Assembly (NCBI RefSeq): GCF_000743755.1
Contig: NW_014569503.1
Span: 1-64,000, forward strand
Direction: 5' to 3'
Length of the DNA: 64,000 nt
Source of the DNA: Blastocystis sp. subtype 4
Taxonomy: Eukaryota
In this document: positions 34,849-46,559 of the stretch, piece after piece
Position numbering within the stretch: the first letter of the stretch is position 1
Layout: every line of letters starts with the position of its first letter
Notes under the pieces: generated by a model
The model's database searches: none
What the model was told of the DNA's origin: nothing
The model's input: only the letters and a program-made list of their open reading frames with translations
Position numbers and translations under genes: made by a program

Positions 34849-37754
34849 AACGAGAATGACTACGTGACGAATGAAGATTCTTTTTGGAAAGATGAGTTCG
34901 TAATTTCACACAACTGGGAATCATACTAGACCTTCGTGTTTTTATCCCCAATTTCTTCATCTTCTTTGATTTCATTTTTAATGCTTTTATTAACACTGTA
35001 TCTGAATTCTTTGTAATATAGCAATCTGAAAGATTCACGTTCTCTAAATGAGGTAAAGAACCTTGTTGAACAATTTCAGCCAAACGAGTGATCGAAGGGT
35101 CACTCAAACCACAATTCACTATTCATCATATGATGAAACCACTCTCACAGCCACTAAAGACCAGATTCAATTGACGCAGATCACTGCAGACACCATCCGC
35201 CAAACTTCCTACGAATTCTGTCACGACGGATTCATCTTCGACATTGGTTTGCGACACTGAAAGTGATCGCAAACACTGCAAGGTCCCAGATTTCAAGAGG
35301 AATGCTAGCTGTTGAAGTCCCTCATTATCTAGATCCTCCAAAATTAGTTCCCTTTTTTGCCTGTACACTGTCTCTAACATCACATCGGTAAGAGAGTCAG
35401 CAAACGACTTCAAACCGGCATCTGGAACTGTTGCTAAATATCAGAACAAATTCTGGAATCCAACATTTCGTGAGCATTTTCGCAACTGTGAACCAAGTAT
35501 CCGGTTTCACAATAGGATTTCCCAGTAACTTGATAGTGATGGGACCCATGGGTACTAAAGCATCACTTAACGTACAAACAGCATGATCGTGAAGCATACA
35601 ATCTCTCAGATCCAACTCCACTAGCTTGCTAAACATTCCTATTTGGAGCAATACAATCAAATTGGCGATGGCTTTATCACTAAGACCCACACCTATCATT
35701 CATATATGGATTCATTGATACCTCGAATTGAAGTCTCGTGGAGTAGTAATGAGGAAGAGTAGAATCCACTATGAATGAATTGGTTGAGGATCAGAAGAAT
35801 GTCATCTGTAACAAGAAAGCAGGAGGCTTCATATCAGGCAGAGGAAATCGTATACTCTTACTGAGCACAAGCGAACTGATAGATGAAAATAGACCTGAAT
35901 TGAGGAATTGAAGAAACGATGTCATTTCGGGAAGCGTAAGTTCGGATGCAATAAGTGTACCAATTTGTGGTATTCGAAGAATATCCAGGGTTTTAAGATT
36001 GCTCACAGCATTAATAAAACCAGATGTAACAGTGAGAGTGGTAGGTCCTTGGATCCATTGAATCGATGTCACATGAGCAAGCAACTTGGACGAAACAAGC
36101 TTGATAACAACAGTGAGATCAGTCTCCAGAAGTTCGGTAACTGAATATGAAGAATAAGGAAATCAGGTACATGTGATAGAAGTGAATGGAAGGGTTAATT
36201 TAGGAGCCTGCTTTTGGATTTGACAGAGAAGAGTAAATGAAACAGGAGGAGTGAGAGAATCTGTCCATTCTATCTGATCAATACTAGGCAAATGGCCTTC
36301 AGCAATCAAATCAAATAGATAAATCAAAACAGATTGGGTTTCGTCATTATCGGAAAAGAGAAAAGAATTTAGGAACGAAGATCCATACGTGTACAGTGAT
36401 TCCATAATAGTCATAAGACCCTCTTGTTTCAGTCGATTGTGCTTAATATCCAATTTAGATAGATAACAACGGCTTTTTCCATTTAGTAAATCTGCAAGAA
36501 GTGATCCTATTGTCGAACCAATGCGATTATCATGAAGAATGAGAGTATGAAGAGAAGGACATGCTCCTGCTCGTAAGCAATTGATCAGTTCAGCAGTAAT
36601 GGAAGTTCCCATATCGTTATCAGCCACGTTGAGGTTGGTGAGATTGGGTAGAACTTGATGTGAAATAGCATGAACCAGCCGCTCTGTTGTATCCTTGCCA
36701 ATTCCTTCTGCTATACATAATTGTTCCTCATTAACAGTACCAATAATGGATTGAATTGGGAATATTGTATCAGGAGCATTATCCAATTCCGTTAGTACTG
36801 ATAATATCTCTGATTTGGAACAAATTGTATCTTTCAATCAAAAGAATAGAAAAGGTGTACCAAGATTGGGAAGAGTTGTGTTAGTGAGAATCTCAAGAGA
36901 AGATGATGGCTCATTAACTATCACTCCATGATTTGAAAGAATAAATGGTACAGAAGCCTGTGTGACAGCCATAACCCCCATGCCATTCTGCGCGACAAGA
37001 TAAACATACACAGTTCCATAGGACTGTTCGGCAAGTGGATAGGTGATAGGAGTGTCAATATCACCCAAAACAATGGATTTCACACCCATATTCTGAATCT
37101 GAGTTTCTGTCAAGTCACTGGGTGTGGAGGAACAGAAACACCAAACATAACATTCCTGTGTGCATCGTATCGATAACTGAAGAAAGAAACGGGGATGAAC
37201 CTCAGAAGGATCACTCTTTGCGATAGGTCGAGGAGATGGATTCGGATAAAAGACAGGGTTTGATACAGTTAGTACCAATCCTACATGTAATTGGTATGTG
37301 AAAAGCAAACGAGTCCGTTGAGTAAGAGTCGATGAAATGCTCCTGATTTGATTCTTCTTAAAATCTTCTGTAGCAGTTGTTTGAAGAATTAACAAATACT
37401 TGACACGTTCAGCCATATCAGTGAGATTGAAATAGGCAACATCCATAAGCAATTCCTAGTTTATTAAACGAAACGGTATCCCTATACATATACGTCCTTA
37501 GGATCACTGGGAAGATTCACATAGCCTGTATACATGTAGTTGAGAATCTCTCTGAAGTATCGACATGTTCTGTTGATATGAATGCGGATTCTATCTCTGG
37601 TATTACCTGGAATCGAACGGATTAAGTCACAAAGCTTCGATGAGTGCAACAGCAAACTAGGGGTCAGAACAACAACAAACGGACTACAGATGGCGAGAAA
37701 CCGTAAACGACTCATCACAAAAACAAAGTTCGACTTGATCACAATCCTCTCCAT
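34849..37754 (-). CDS. BTB/POZ (KCTD-type) plus beta-sandwich plus ribonuclease-inhibitor-like LRR protein
   Basis: IHINRTCRYFREILNYMYTG.VNLP...ELLMDVAYFNL; repeats such as LxxLxLxxNxIG; stop predicted via poly(A) at 34849. Confidence 0.75.
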
Positions 37755-37842
37755 CAAAGAAAACTAAATGCCTCAAGATAATACCCTATTCCAACGATCC
37801 ACAGTCATAGACAAATCGCGAATTGTAACAAACAAAGACTAC

Positions 37843-38327
37843 TTATTCATAGACCCACTTCTCGTCATCCTTGGTGTACTCAACGAGTCCCTCAGGGAAC
37901 CAGAGCTTGATCTCACGCTCAGCAGACTCCACAGAATCAGATCCATGGATAACGTTGTGTCCCATATCGCAGCCGAGATCTCCACGAATGGTACCAGGAG
38001 CAGCCTCGAGAGGCTTGGTGGCGCCCATCATCTTACGAGCAATAGCAACAACGTTGTTTCCCTCCCACACCATGGCAACAACAGCAGAAGAGCTCATGAA
38101 ACCAGTAAGGCTAGGATAGAAACCCTTACCCTTGTGCTCAGCATAGTGCTCCTCAAGAAGAGACATAGGAGGAACGAGCATCTTCAGACCAACGAGCTTG
38201 AATCCCTTCTTCTCGAAGCGTCCAATAATCTCACCAACGCAACCACGCTGGACTCCATCAGGCTTGACAGCAATAAAAGTTCTCTCCTACAACATGAAGG
38301 GCTCTATCAACAGAATACACGAGGCAT
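37843..38327 (-). CDS. NDK: Nucleoside diphosphate kinase
   Basis: [18 protein letters not shown]...APGTIRGD...NVIHGSDS...WVYE*; alternative start at 38348. Confidence 0.97.
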
Positions 38328-38421
38328 TTCAACAATTTTTGTGGTCATGCCATGAAGCCGCAGAAGCGGGAATGTCAGAATTCTTGCGGTCACTCTTTAT
38401 TCGATCACCTTTCCTTGTTTA

Positions 38422-39014
38422 ATGCCCAAGAAATTTAATACATCACGTATTTACGAGCTACCGATATTGCGACACAATACTGCGGCAGTGAAACTCATCT
38501 TTGCCAATGCTACTGACAGTGAATTATCTGATGAGTTTCTTACAAAGGCTACGACACATAATCCGCTTCTTGCGAAATTGAGTGGGTTTTCTGTGAATGG
38601 AGTAAGTAACTAGTTATTCTGGACAACATTCCAGTCGGTTGTGTTTATTCTCATATTGATAGCAATGACTCCAAGGTATTGGTACTCGATTTTATCTGTG
38701 TATTGAAATCGTACCAGAAGAGAGGTCTTGGTATTTGAAGGGTGTATTAATGACAAATAGGCGAATTTACATTAAATAAGCTTATTGAAAGGACGCAGAA
38801 GGAATTACATATCAACAGTGTTGTAGTGTATTTGAATGTATTTCGGTGTTCCTGAGGTTGAATTCGTAGAATTCCCAATCGAAGGAGTTCTTTGAGAAGA
38901 CTGGCTTTAAGGAATGTGGCGAGGGAGAATATGTGTTTGATGGTGAGACAAGACGTAGGGAATTCTTGTTTAATGTGAATTGCAGAGGGAGTGAAGCTGA
39001 TGAAAGGACTATGA
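38422..39014 (+). CDS. GNAT acetyltransferase, Naa50-like (divergent)
   Basis: Spliced: ...LRHNTAAVKLIF...LLAKLIILDNIPVGCVY...LDFICVLKSYQKRGLG...KEFFEKTGF; acetyl-CoA motif QxRGLG. Confidence 0.75.
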
Positions 39015-39081
39015 TTCTTTTTATGGATATGTTTGTTACAAGTCATTTTGCTGTTTACAAATATTCATACTTATCTTTACG

Positions 39082-40572
39082 ATGAGTGATCAAGACAATG
39101 CAGAAGCTGTGAAGGAAGCAGAAGAATATAACTTAGCAGGAAATTGTGCTTTCAAAGATAAGGAATATGAAAAAGCCATTCGGTTCTACAACTACGTAAC
39201 TTCGTATGCTGTTATTTGATTTGATCTAGGCAATCCGTAAATGTCCTAAAGAATCCAAATACATAGCAAATCGTTCAGCGGCTTACTTGGGAGCAGGAGA
39301 TCGATCTCGAGCACTTCAAGATGCTGAGCAAGTGATTGAAATGAGTCCAACATGGTATAAAGGATATTCAAGAAAGGCATCGGTATATTTGCGTTTAAAG
39401 AAGTACAAAGATTGTATTGAGACATGTAAAATCGGTAGTATTGCATGAAAGGAGTGACATCTAGCCTTATCTCTAGAACCTAACAATGAGGCCATGTTGC
39501 ATGTTTTGAGTACTGCAGATAAGGCAGTCTCATCCCAAGTAGAATATTCTGATAGGATTTGATTCATAGAAAGCCGATGACTTTTCAGCCTTGGAAGCGG
39601 CTGAGGCCATGTCTGATGATGAAGGTGGTGTTAGTGATGGAATTAGTCGTTTGAAGAAGATCCGAGAACAAAAGAAATTGGAACAATTCCTAGCGACTAT
39701 TGATGATGGATTGAAACCGGTTATTGATACTGAGAAGGATAGAAAAGTTACAGATGATGCTATATTTGAAATGACGGCACTACAACACATCGAGCGATTA
39801 ACAGGCAAGAATGCATTTGTATTTGTAGTTGAAAAGACTGATCCTTAGTGGAAGAACCTCAATCCGTTTCGCGTGTTGATGTTACCTGAGACTGCTTCTG
39901 ATGAAGATATTCGTCAGCGTTACTTAAAACTAGCAAATATGATTCATCCAGATAAATGTAGTCATCCAGGAGCACGAGAAGCATTCGAGGCTGTGATGCA
40001 TGCAAGTGAAGTGTTGAAAGAACCAAAACGAAAAGAAGAATGTGTTCACTTGATTAAAGGAGCTACGAAGAGCGTGATTAAGAATCACGAGCGGTTAATT
40101 GAGAAGGGTATGAATCCGGATGCACTTCCAAATGTGAGATTGGATAGTTGTTCTTATATATAGTTGGATATAGCAATTGAAGAGGAGATTATGCGTGTGT
40201 TTGCGCAGAATGAACAACGTCAAAGAAAGGCGAAGCAATATTACAATCTCTATGAACGACGAGATAAGGAACGTGTACTGATAGAGAATGAGGATGATTC
40301 TATAGCAAGAAGAAAAGCGACAGAAGATTGTGGAAGAAGTGAAGATTCATCGCGAATGGATGAATGGAACAGATGAGCGAGTGGAGACATGGAGAGAGTA
40401 TCAAAAGAAGAATAAGAATCGAAGGAGACAACTAACCTCGGATGACTTCTCGGGTGAAACGGATCATGATAAGGTTCATGTTAGACAATTGGTTCATTTG
40501 TAGAGGAGAAAGCAAGAAGAGAAGGCTTACTACACTGCACTAGGAGAAGAGTATAAGATTAATTGGCGTTAG
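39082..40572 (+). CDS. TPR domain fused to DNAJC8-like J-domain co-chaperone
   Basis: AGNCAFKDKEYEKAI...NRSAAY...KGYSRKA (Sti1-type TPR); HIERLT..WKNLNPFRVL..IHPDKC; DERVETWREY; ends YKINWR*. Confidence 0.85.
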
Positions 40573-40605
40573 GATTGTTTGTACAGACACCCGTACAATC
40601 ATAAG

Positions 40606-41601
40606 ATGATTGAGAATTCTACAGGTATTGGAATATCGTTAGTTGCAATTCTTGTACCAGTTCTGGTTATTCTATACAAATGCTACAGGAAACCTGTTCG
40701 AGATGATTCGCAATATGTGTGGATAATCGGTGCCAGTTCGGGAATTGGAAAAGGTATTTGTATTGAATGTGAATTACGAAGAGTTGGCGATTCAATATGC
40801 GCTGAATGGAAAGAATGTGATATTGAGTTCTCGAAACAAAGAGAAGCTTGTTGAAGTGCAGAAAGAGATAACTGATAAGACAAATAGGGATATATCCTGT
40901 TTTCCTATCATCCTAGTTGATGTAGAGAAGGATGATTCATTCCATTCGCTCACTCAAGTAGAAGCGTTAGAGTGGAGTCATGAATAGGAAGCAATTGGTT
41001 GTTTTGGATCGATCGATACTGTCGTAATCAGTAGTGGATTGGGTATCCGTGCCTTAAACAGCGAGACAACAGCAGAAATAGAGAAGAAGATGCTTCAAAC
41101 CAATTTCACAGGACCCATTCTTTTGGCCAAAGAGATCCTTCCATTTATGCGAAAGCGTCATTCTGGAACCATTGTATTCATCAGCAGTATTCAAGGAATG
41201 CTAGCTGTTCCTTCTCGCTCGAGTTACTCGGGGGCCAAACATGCACTTCAGGGTTATTGTGATAGTCTGCGTGCCGAAGAATCTATAAATGGAATCAATA
41301 TCGTTACAGTCTCTCCTGCGTATGTACGGTAGGTATTTTGTAATTTGTTGATACTAGGACAAATCATAGTGTAAATTCTATTCGCGGAGATGGTAGTAGC
41401 TACAACCAAATGGATGCAACAACGGAGAAGGGAATGGATCCCAAGGATTTGGCCGTTCGGATTCAACAGGCAGTAATCAGAAAGGAAGGAAACGTGGTCG
41501 TAGCTCCTTTGTATATGCGACTCGTTGTGATTCTCCAATATGTGATGCCAAGTGTAATAGACTATGTGATGAAATATAAAGCACAAAAGAGTGCTCATTG
41601 A
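40606..41601 (+). CDS. Short-chain dehydrogenase/reductase (DHRS7/7B-like)
   Basis: N-terminal anchor, WIIGASSGIG, TNFTG, ISSIQG, YSGAK, LRAE, VSPAYV. Confidence 0.92.
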
Positions 41602-41665
41602 TTGTTGTTTGTTCGCCAAAAATCGTAGATTCCCGTTCTCGGACTTTTTGAATTCACACAGAAGG

Positions 41666-42504
41666 ATGAATATGCAACCTCCAAAGCGAAAAGTTCCTAT
41701 CAAATCGAATTATCAGTTCTTGATCAGAGCGAAAATGTATGGAGTGATCACACTGAACTCGTTAGAAGGAATGATGCGTGAACTGAATGAATTAATCCCT
41801 GTTGATATGGAAAGAGGTACTTTTTGATTAGTGGATGCAAATTAAAGATAATATTGATACATTTTCAGAGGAGTTGCGTCGTTACCAAAATGGAGGGTTA
41901 ATGCCTACAAGTCATGGAGATTATCTTGACCGGGCTATTAAGAGTCTAGCAAAGGAAATTGGCATTCAAATACCTGTTGAACTCGGAAATTCGGCTGTTG
42001 TCAAGGTAGAAATGAAATAAGAAGCTAATTCAATAGACTTTAGTTTCAAATATTATTTTATGCTCTCAGGGAGAAGAAAGACATCAGTTCCTGAATTGGT
42101 TGGAACAGCCAAACGAGCTGATTGCCAAATCACCTCGATTTGACCAACTTGTAAATCACGCATGTATGTGTTTCTACAAGAAGCCTATGACATCGGTCAG
42201 TGAAGATACTATCAACTTTATTCGTCGTTCCATCCATGATATGATTCGTTCAAAGTCTACGAAAGATCATCTCCATGCGCAGCTTATGAGTACCCCTTCA
42301 TTGGTTCAGCAACCAATGGATGCAATGATGAATCTCTATGAGTATGGTGATGGCAATATGTATGGTCCGAATCATATGGATGATAACGAACGTATTATTC
42401 ATGTTGATTTGATGGGAGGAATGAGGCAGCCAACGGAGAGAGAGTTGGAAATAGTAAATCAGGGAGCAGTACAACAACGAGGTTCGGAAAATATTGCTTT
42501 GTAG
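41666..42504 (+). CDS. Hypothetical protein
   Basis: Collinear ORFs joinable by short GT-AG introns; TGTTTGTT near 42539; 3' end uncertain. Confidence 0.5.
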
Positions 42505-42638
42505 TGGGAGAGTTCAGTTGTGATAATATAGTGTCTTTTGTTTGTTGACAATATAACCACGGGAATAGTGAGGTTTTGGGGAAAGCAATTTCTGGCTTGG
42601 TTTCTTGATACAATTATCATCAGCTATACGTTTTGATC

Positions 42639-43109
42639 ATGGCCACTGTATGTAATCTGCTTGTGAAAGGCATTCTATTGATTATTTCCTTTATTGTTGA
42701 TGAGTGTAGCTAATACGCCTGTAGGTTGCTAAGAAGGTTGAATTTACGATTGACTGCTCTGTCCCTGTCAAGGATAAGGTTATGGATATGACTTCCTTCG
42801 TGAGTGGTGCATAGAAGCGGTTGATTGGGTAGGAGAACTATCTGAAGGAGCATATTAAGGTCGACAACAAGCTGAACAATATGGGAAGTGCCGTTACCGT
42901 TTCTACTGGTGATGACAAGCTCTCCGTGATTGCTACTATTGCTTTCTCCAAGAGATACCTGAAGGTTGTAGAGAGTCATTGGAGTTGATTTGTAGTACCT
43001 CACCAAGAAGTACCTCAAGAAGCAGCAGATTCGTGATTACCTCCGTGTGATTGCTAGCGGAAAGAACGGCTACAAGCTTACCTACTTCAGTCTTGCTAAG
43101 GAGGAATAA
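42639..43109 (+). CDS. RPL22: 60S ribosomal protein L22 (eL22)
   Basis: [15 protein letters not shown]...YLKEHIKV...[27 protein letters not shown]...YKLTYF. Confidence 0.97.
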
Positions 43110-43195
43110 GTGGGTTGGTACAGCTGATGGTTCATCAGATTGTTTGTTGAGTGAACTGAGAGAGTTGCCATTTGAATGGTAGATTTTCATTAACA

Positions 43196-44089
43196 ATGCT
43201 AACTGATACAGTGAAGAGGTTTCTACGAAATGTAAATGACGCTAACAATTGTAATAACTACATAGATTCGTGTGGTATCATTCGATATTGACTTAACTCT
43301 GTGTTATATGGATGATGCTGTTGATAATGCGGATCTTCATTTCTTTGAATATGTAACCTCGAAATATCCCAATTTGGGTATTGCCTATCCAGAAGAGTAA
43401 TCGAAGGTTACTTCTATCAGAAATAGAATTCGAGATGCATTGAATGAAAGAGTGGTAAACAGTAGAAACAGATGCAAGGATATCGGACTACTTAGGAAAT
43501 CGATTCTTGCTGAATACGTGAGGAAAACATCGTATTGAAATGAATATTATTTAATTAGTTCATAGATATCCTATAGAGATTGTTGATGAGTTGTTCGATG
43601 TGTGGCGAACCGAACGAAGAAAGGTAGAAATATCATTCGATTTGTTTTGTAGACTACCTTAATGCCATATGCATGTGAACTAATACAATTGTTACATCAG
43701 AACGGATATAAGATTGCAGTAATTACAAATGGAACATCGGATTTATCGAACCATCCAAGTATTAATTCACTCATTGATGCGTTTGTGAGTCCAGAGATTT
43801 GTGGAGATAGTAAACCTTCGGTAATTCCATTTCATATGGTACTGACTGGAATCAAGCTATCAATCTGTAGGTTTCTGAGATTATTGGAGTCTTTGATCCA
43901 CGAATCTACCTTCATGTTGGAGATTCATATGAGACTGATGTACTTGGTGCAATGTGTGCTGGGTGGAACTCAGTTCTGATTACCAAGAAGCCAACGATTG
44001 AATATGTCTGTCCACCTAGTTTGATCGTTCGGTCCTTAGATGAATTGTACTTTATGTTTAAGGAGGCGTTGGAAAGTTGCTCTATTTGA
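43196..44089 (+). CDS. HAD-superfamily hydrolase (subfamily IA)
   Basis: VSFDIDLTL (motif I), VITNG (II), SKP (III), HVGDSYETDVLGA (IV). Confidence 0.88.
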
Positions 44090-44258
44090 ATTGTTTCTTT
44101 CATACTTGCATGTTCAGTGGTGAGGGTTTCTTTTGATAATCAAAAGGTCAAAGAAACAGTAATATTACGTGTCAGATAATGAGTATGGACCCTCAATTCG
44201 TGTTGATTATATAGACTCAGAGTCTGTTCCCGCTAATGACACAGAAACTTCAATAACA

Positions 44259-46420
44259 ATGGGGGATCTAGTAAGTGTTCACAAGTTATCTCACAAACAG
44301 AAAGACGATGGTACAGGCCCTTCACCGAATTCAGCCACCAATATACACAATGCTTCTTCTTCAACTCCTGTTTGGTTCTTTTTGGCTCTATCATTGATAG
44401 GTTGAGCACCATGAAAACGATATATCTCCAGTGAAAAGCAAGAAGGACAAGGATGATGAGCCAGAAGAATTGAAAGTGGATATAAAGAAACCACAGAGCG
44501 TTTGTTTTATTTGGAAGATTAATTTCTAGCCTGCGTCTGCTTGCTGCTCCTACTTGAAAAAGAAACTCCCGTTCTTGAAATGGATTCCATCGTAGTCACT
44601 TATTTATAACAATTCATAATACAGATATAAGAAATCATACTTGTCCTATGACATAACAGCTGGTCTTACCGTGGGTGTTATGGCAATTCCCCAAGTAGTT
44701 TTTATGGGTTTCTTTTTCTTTAGGGAATGGCATATGCTATGTTGGCAAACTTACCCCCGATCTATGGACTTTATTGTTGTATTGTTCCCGTCTTTATGTA
44801 TGGTTTATTGGGCACCTCGAGTCAGGTCCACATTGGTCCATTTGCTCTGGTCTCTATGATGGTGAGTAGTTCTCTGTCTTATATCAACCCAGACGAGAAC
44901 TTCGACGACTACCTTGGAGCAGTGACCACTTTGTGTTTCATCTGTGGTGTAATTCATTTAGTACTTGGTCTTTGTTACGGAGGCATTGTGACGCGACTAT
45001 TATCTGAAACAATTGTCACTGCATTCACAACGGCCTCAGCGTTCAACATTGGTGGGTCCCAACTAAAACATCTCTGGGGAGTCTCCTGTTCGGATCAAGT
45101 TTTCCTAAAGATTGTTCGATCTCTTTTCTTTACCGATTTGCGAAACCAGTTCAACTGGTGGGCATTCTTGATGGGTGGTTGTGCGACTGTGGTTCTGTAT
45201 CTGATGAAGGTACTGAATAAGAAATATCTCCCAAAGAAACCTCTTCCGGTCGAAGTAGTCCGATCTTGGATTGATTTATCTATAGTTGTTTTTGCTAGTA
45301 ATTGTGATTGTCCTCATGTGGGTATTTGATTTACATACAAATTGGAATCTCAAATACTTGGGTGATTACAACATCAAACCTGGTTCCATCTTTTTGCTGT
45401 TTTTGAATTGTAGGTCTTCCTTCTTTCACTGTTCCCGATATGAAGAATCTGGGTCGTATCATTCCCAATGCAGTAATGATTTGTTTTTGTTCATGCTTCT
45501 TTTGACCCTTAGGTATTGTTGGATATGTTATTACAGTGTCGTTAGGAAAAATTTTCGCTCGTCGATTCAATTACACGTTAGATGACAATCAGGAATTAGT
45601 AGCTATGGGTGGTGCTGGTATTGTTGGTTCGTTCTTTTCTTGTTATCCTCCTGCAGGATCACTTTCTCGGACGGCTCTTGCTGCATCTTGTGGTATGTAT
45701 ATCACCTAGTCATGAACTCTAGAATCCAAAAGTCCTCTTCATAATATCATTTCTCCACTGCTTATTATTCTCTGTTTATACTTTCTTACGGATGTCATCA
45801 AGTTCATTCCCAATGCATCTTTGGCTGCAATTGTCTTGGTCAATTTAATATCACTTTTCAAACAGTTCTCAGAACTTGTCCCTCTTTGGAAGACATCATG
45901 GGCAGATTTCTGGTGTTTTATTGTATGTTGCATCTTCACGGTTACAATGGGAACTGAAGCTGGATTGATTTGTGGCGTTTGCTCATCGTTTGTGTTTCTC
46001 TTTATTTCTATTCTCCTTTCCAAACGACAACCAACACAAGTTGAAGAATTGAAGGCATTATCGATACCCAGCAGTAGGATTGCTGAAAGATTTAGCATGT
46101 AGACTATTCCATTGTTACTGTTCCTCGTTGTCTACATTTTGTGAATCGTGATACTTATCGAAATCGAGTTGATACAATTCTGGCATCTTCTAAACAGAAC
46201 GTTATCTTGGATATGCGGTCTCTGGCATATGTGGATGTATCTGCTATCATGACGCTTCAAGTAAGGTTTCTCAGAGTTGGTTAGAAATAGGAATTGTACA
46301 AACAGTATAAGGAAAGAATGGCGATTCTTTGTTCTTCGAACTTATTAGAAACAAAACTGAAGGCATATGGAGAAACAGAGATACCCATTCATCAGTCACT
46401 GAATACAATTGTCCAATTGT
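44259..46420 (+). CDS. SulP/SLC26 anion transporter with STAS domain
   Basis: DITAGLTVGVMAIPQGMAYAMLA, GTSSQVHIGP, NQELVAMG, SLSRT, ILDMRSLAYVDVSA; stop predicted via poly(A) at 46420 (genomic TAG otherwise at 46488); start uncertain. Confidence 0.9.
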
Positions 46421-46424
46421 ATAT

Positions 46425-46432
46425 TGTTTGTT
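46425..46432 (+). terminator. TGTTTGTT polyadenylation element (SulP gene)
   Basis: Exact motif; in-frame T at 46420. Confidence 0.85.
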
Positions 46433-46559
46433 ATTCCGAGATTTTATATCAGTCAGTAGTCAACAAAGATAACGAAAAGAGGGAGTAGGCTAGAAACGAC
46501 CAATTCCCGTAATATGAGTTGGTAGGTTCTCAGTCATTTCCGAATTCGTTTTCACCACA

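Noticed and set aside
36835..36840. In-frame TGA between two long ORFs suggesting readthrough or recoding
   Set aside because: It lies inside a 30-nt in-frame GT-AG intron; the same explains similar abutting ORFs elsewhere, so no alternative genetic code is needed
37768..38355. 195-aa plus-strand ORF
   Set aside because: Antisense shadow of the codon-biased NDK gene
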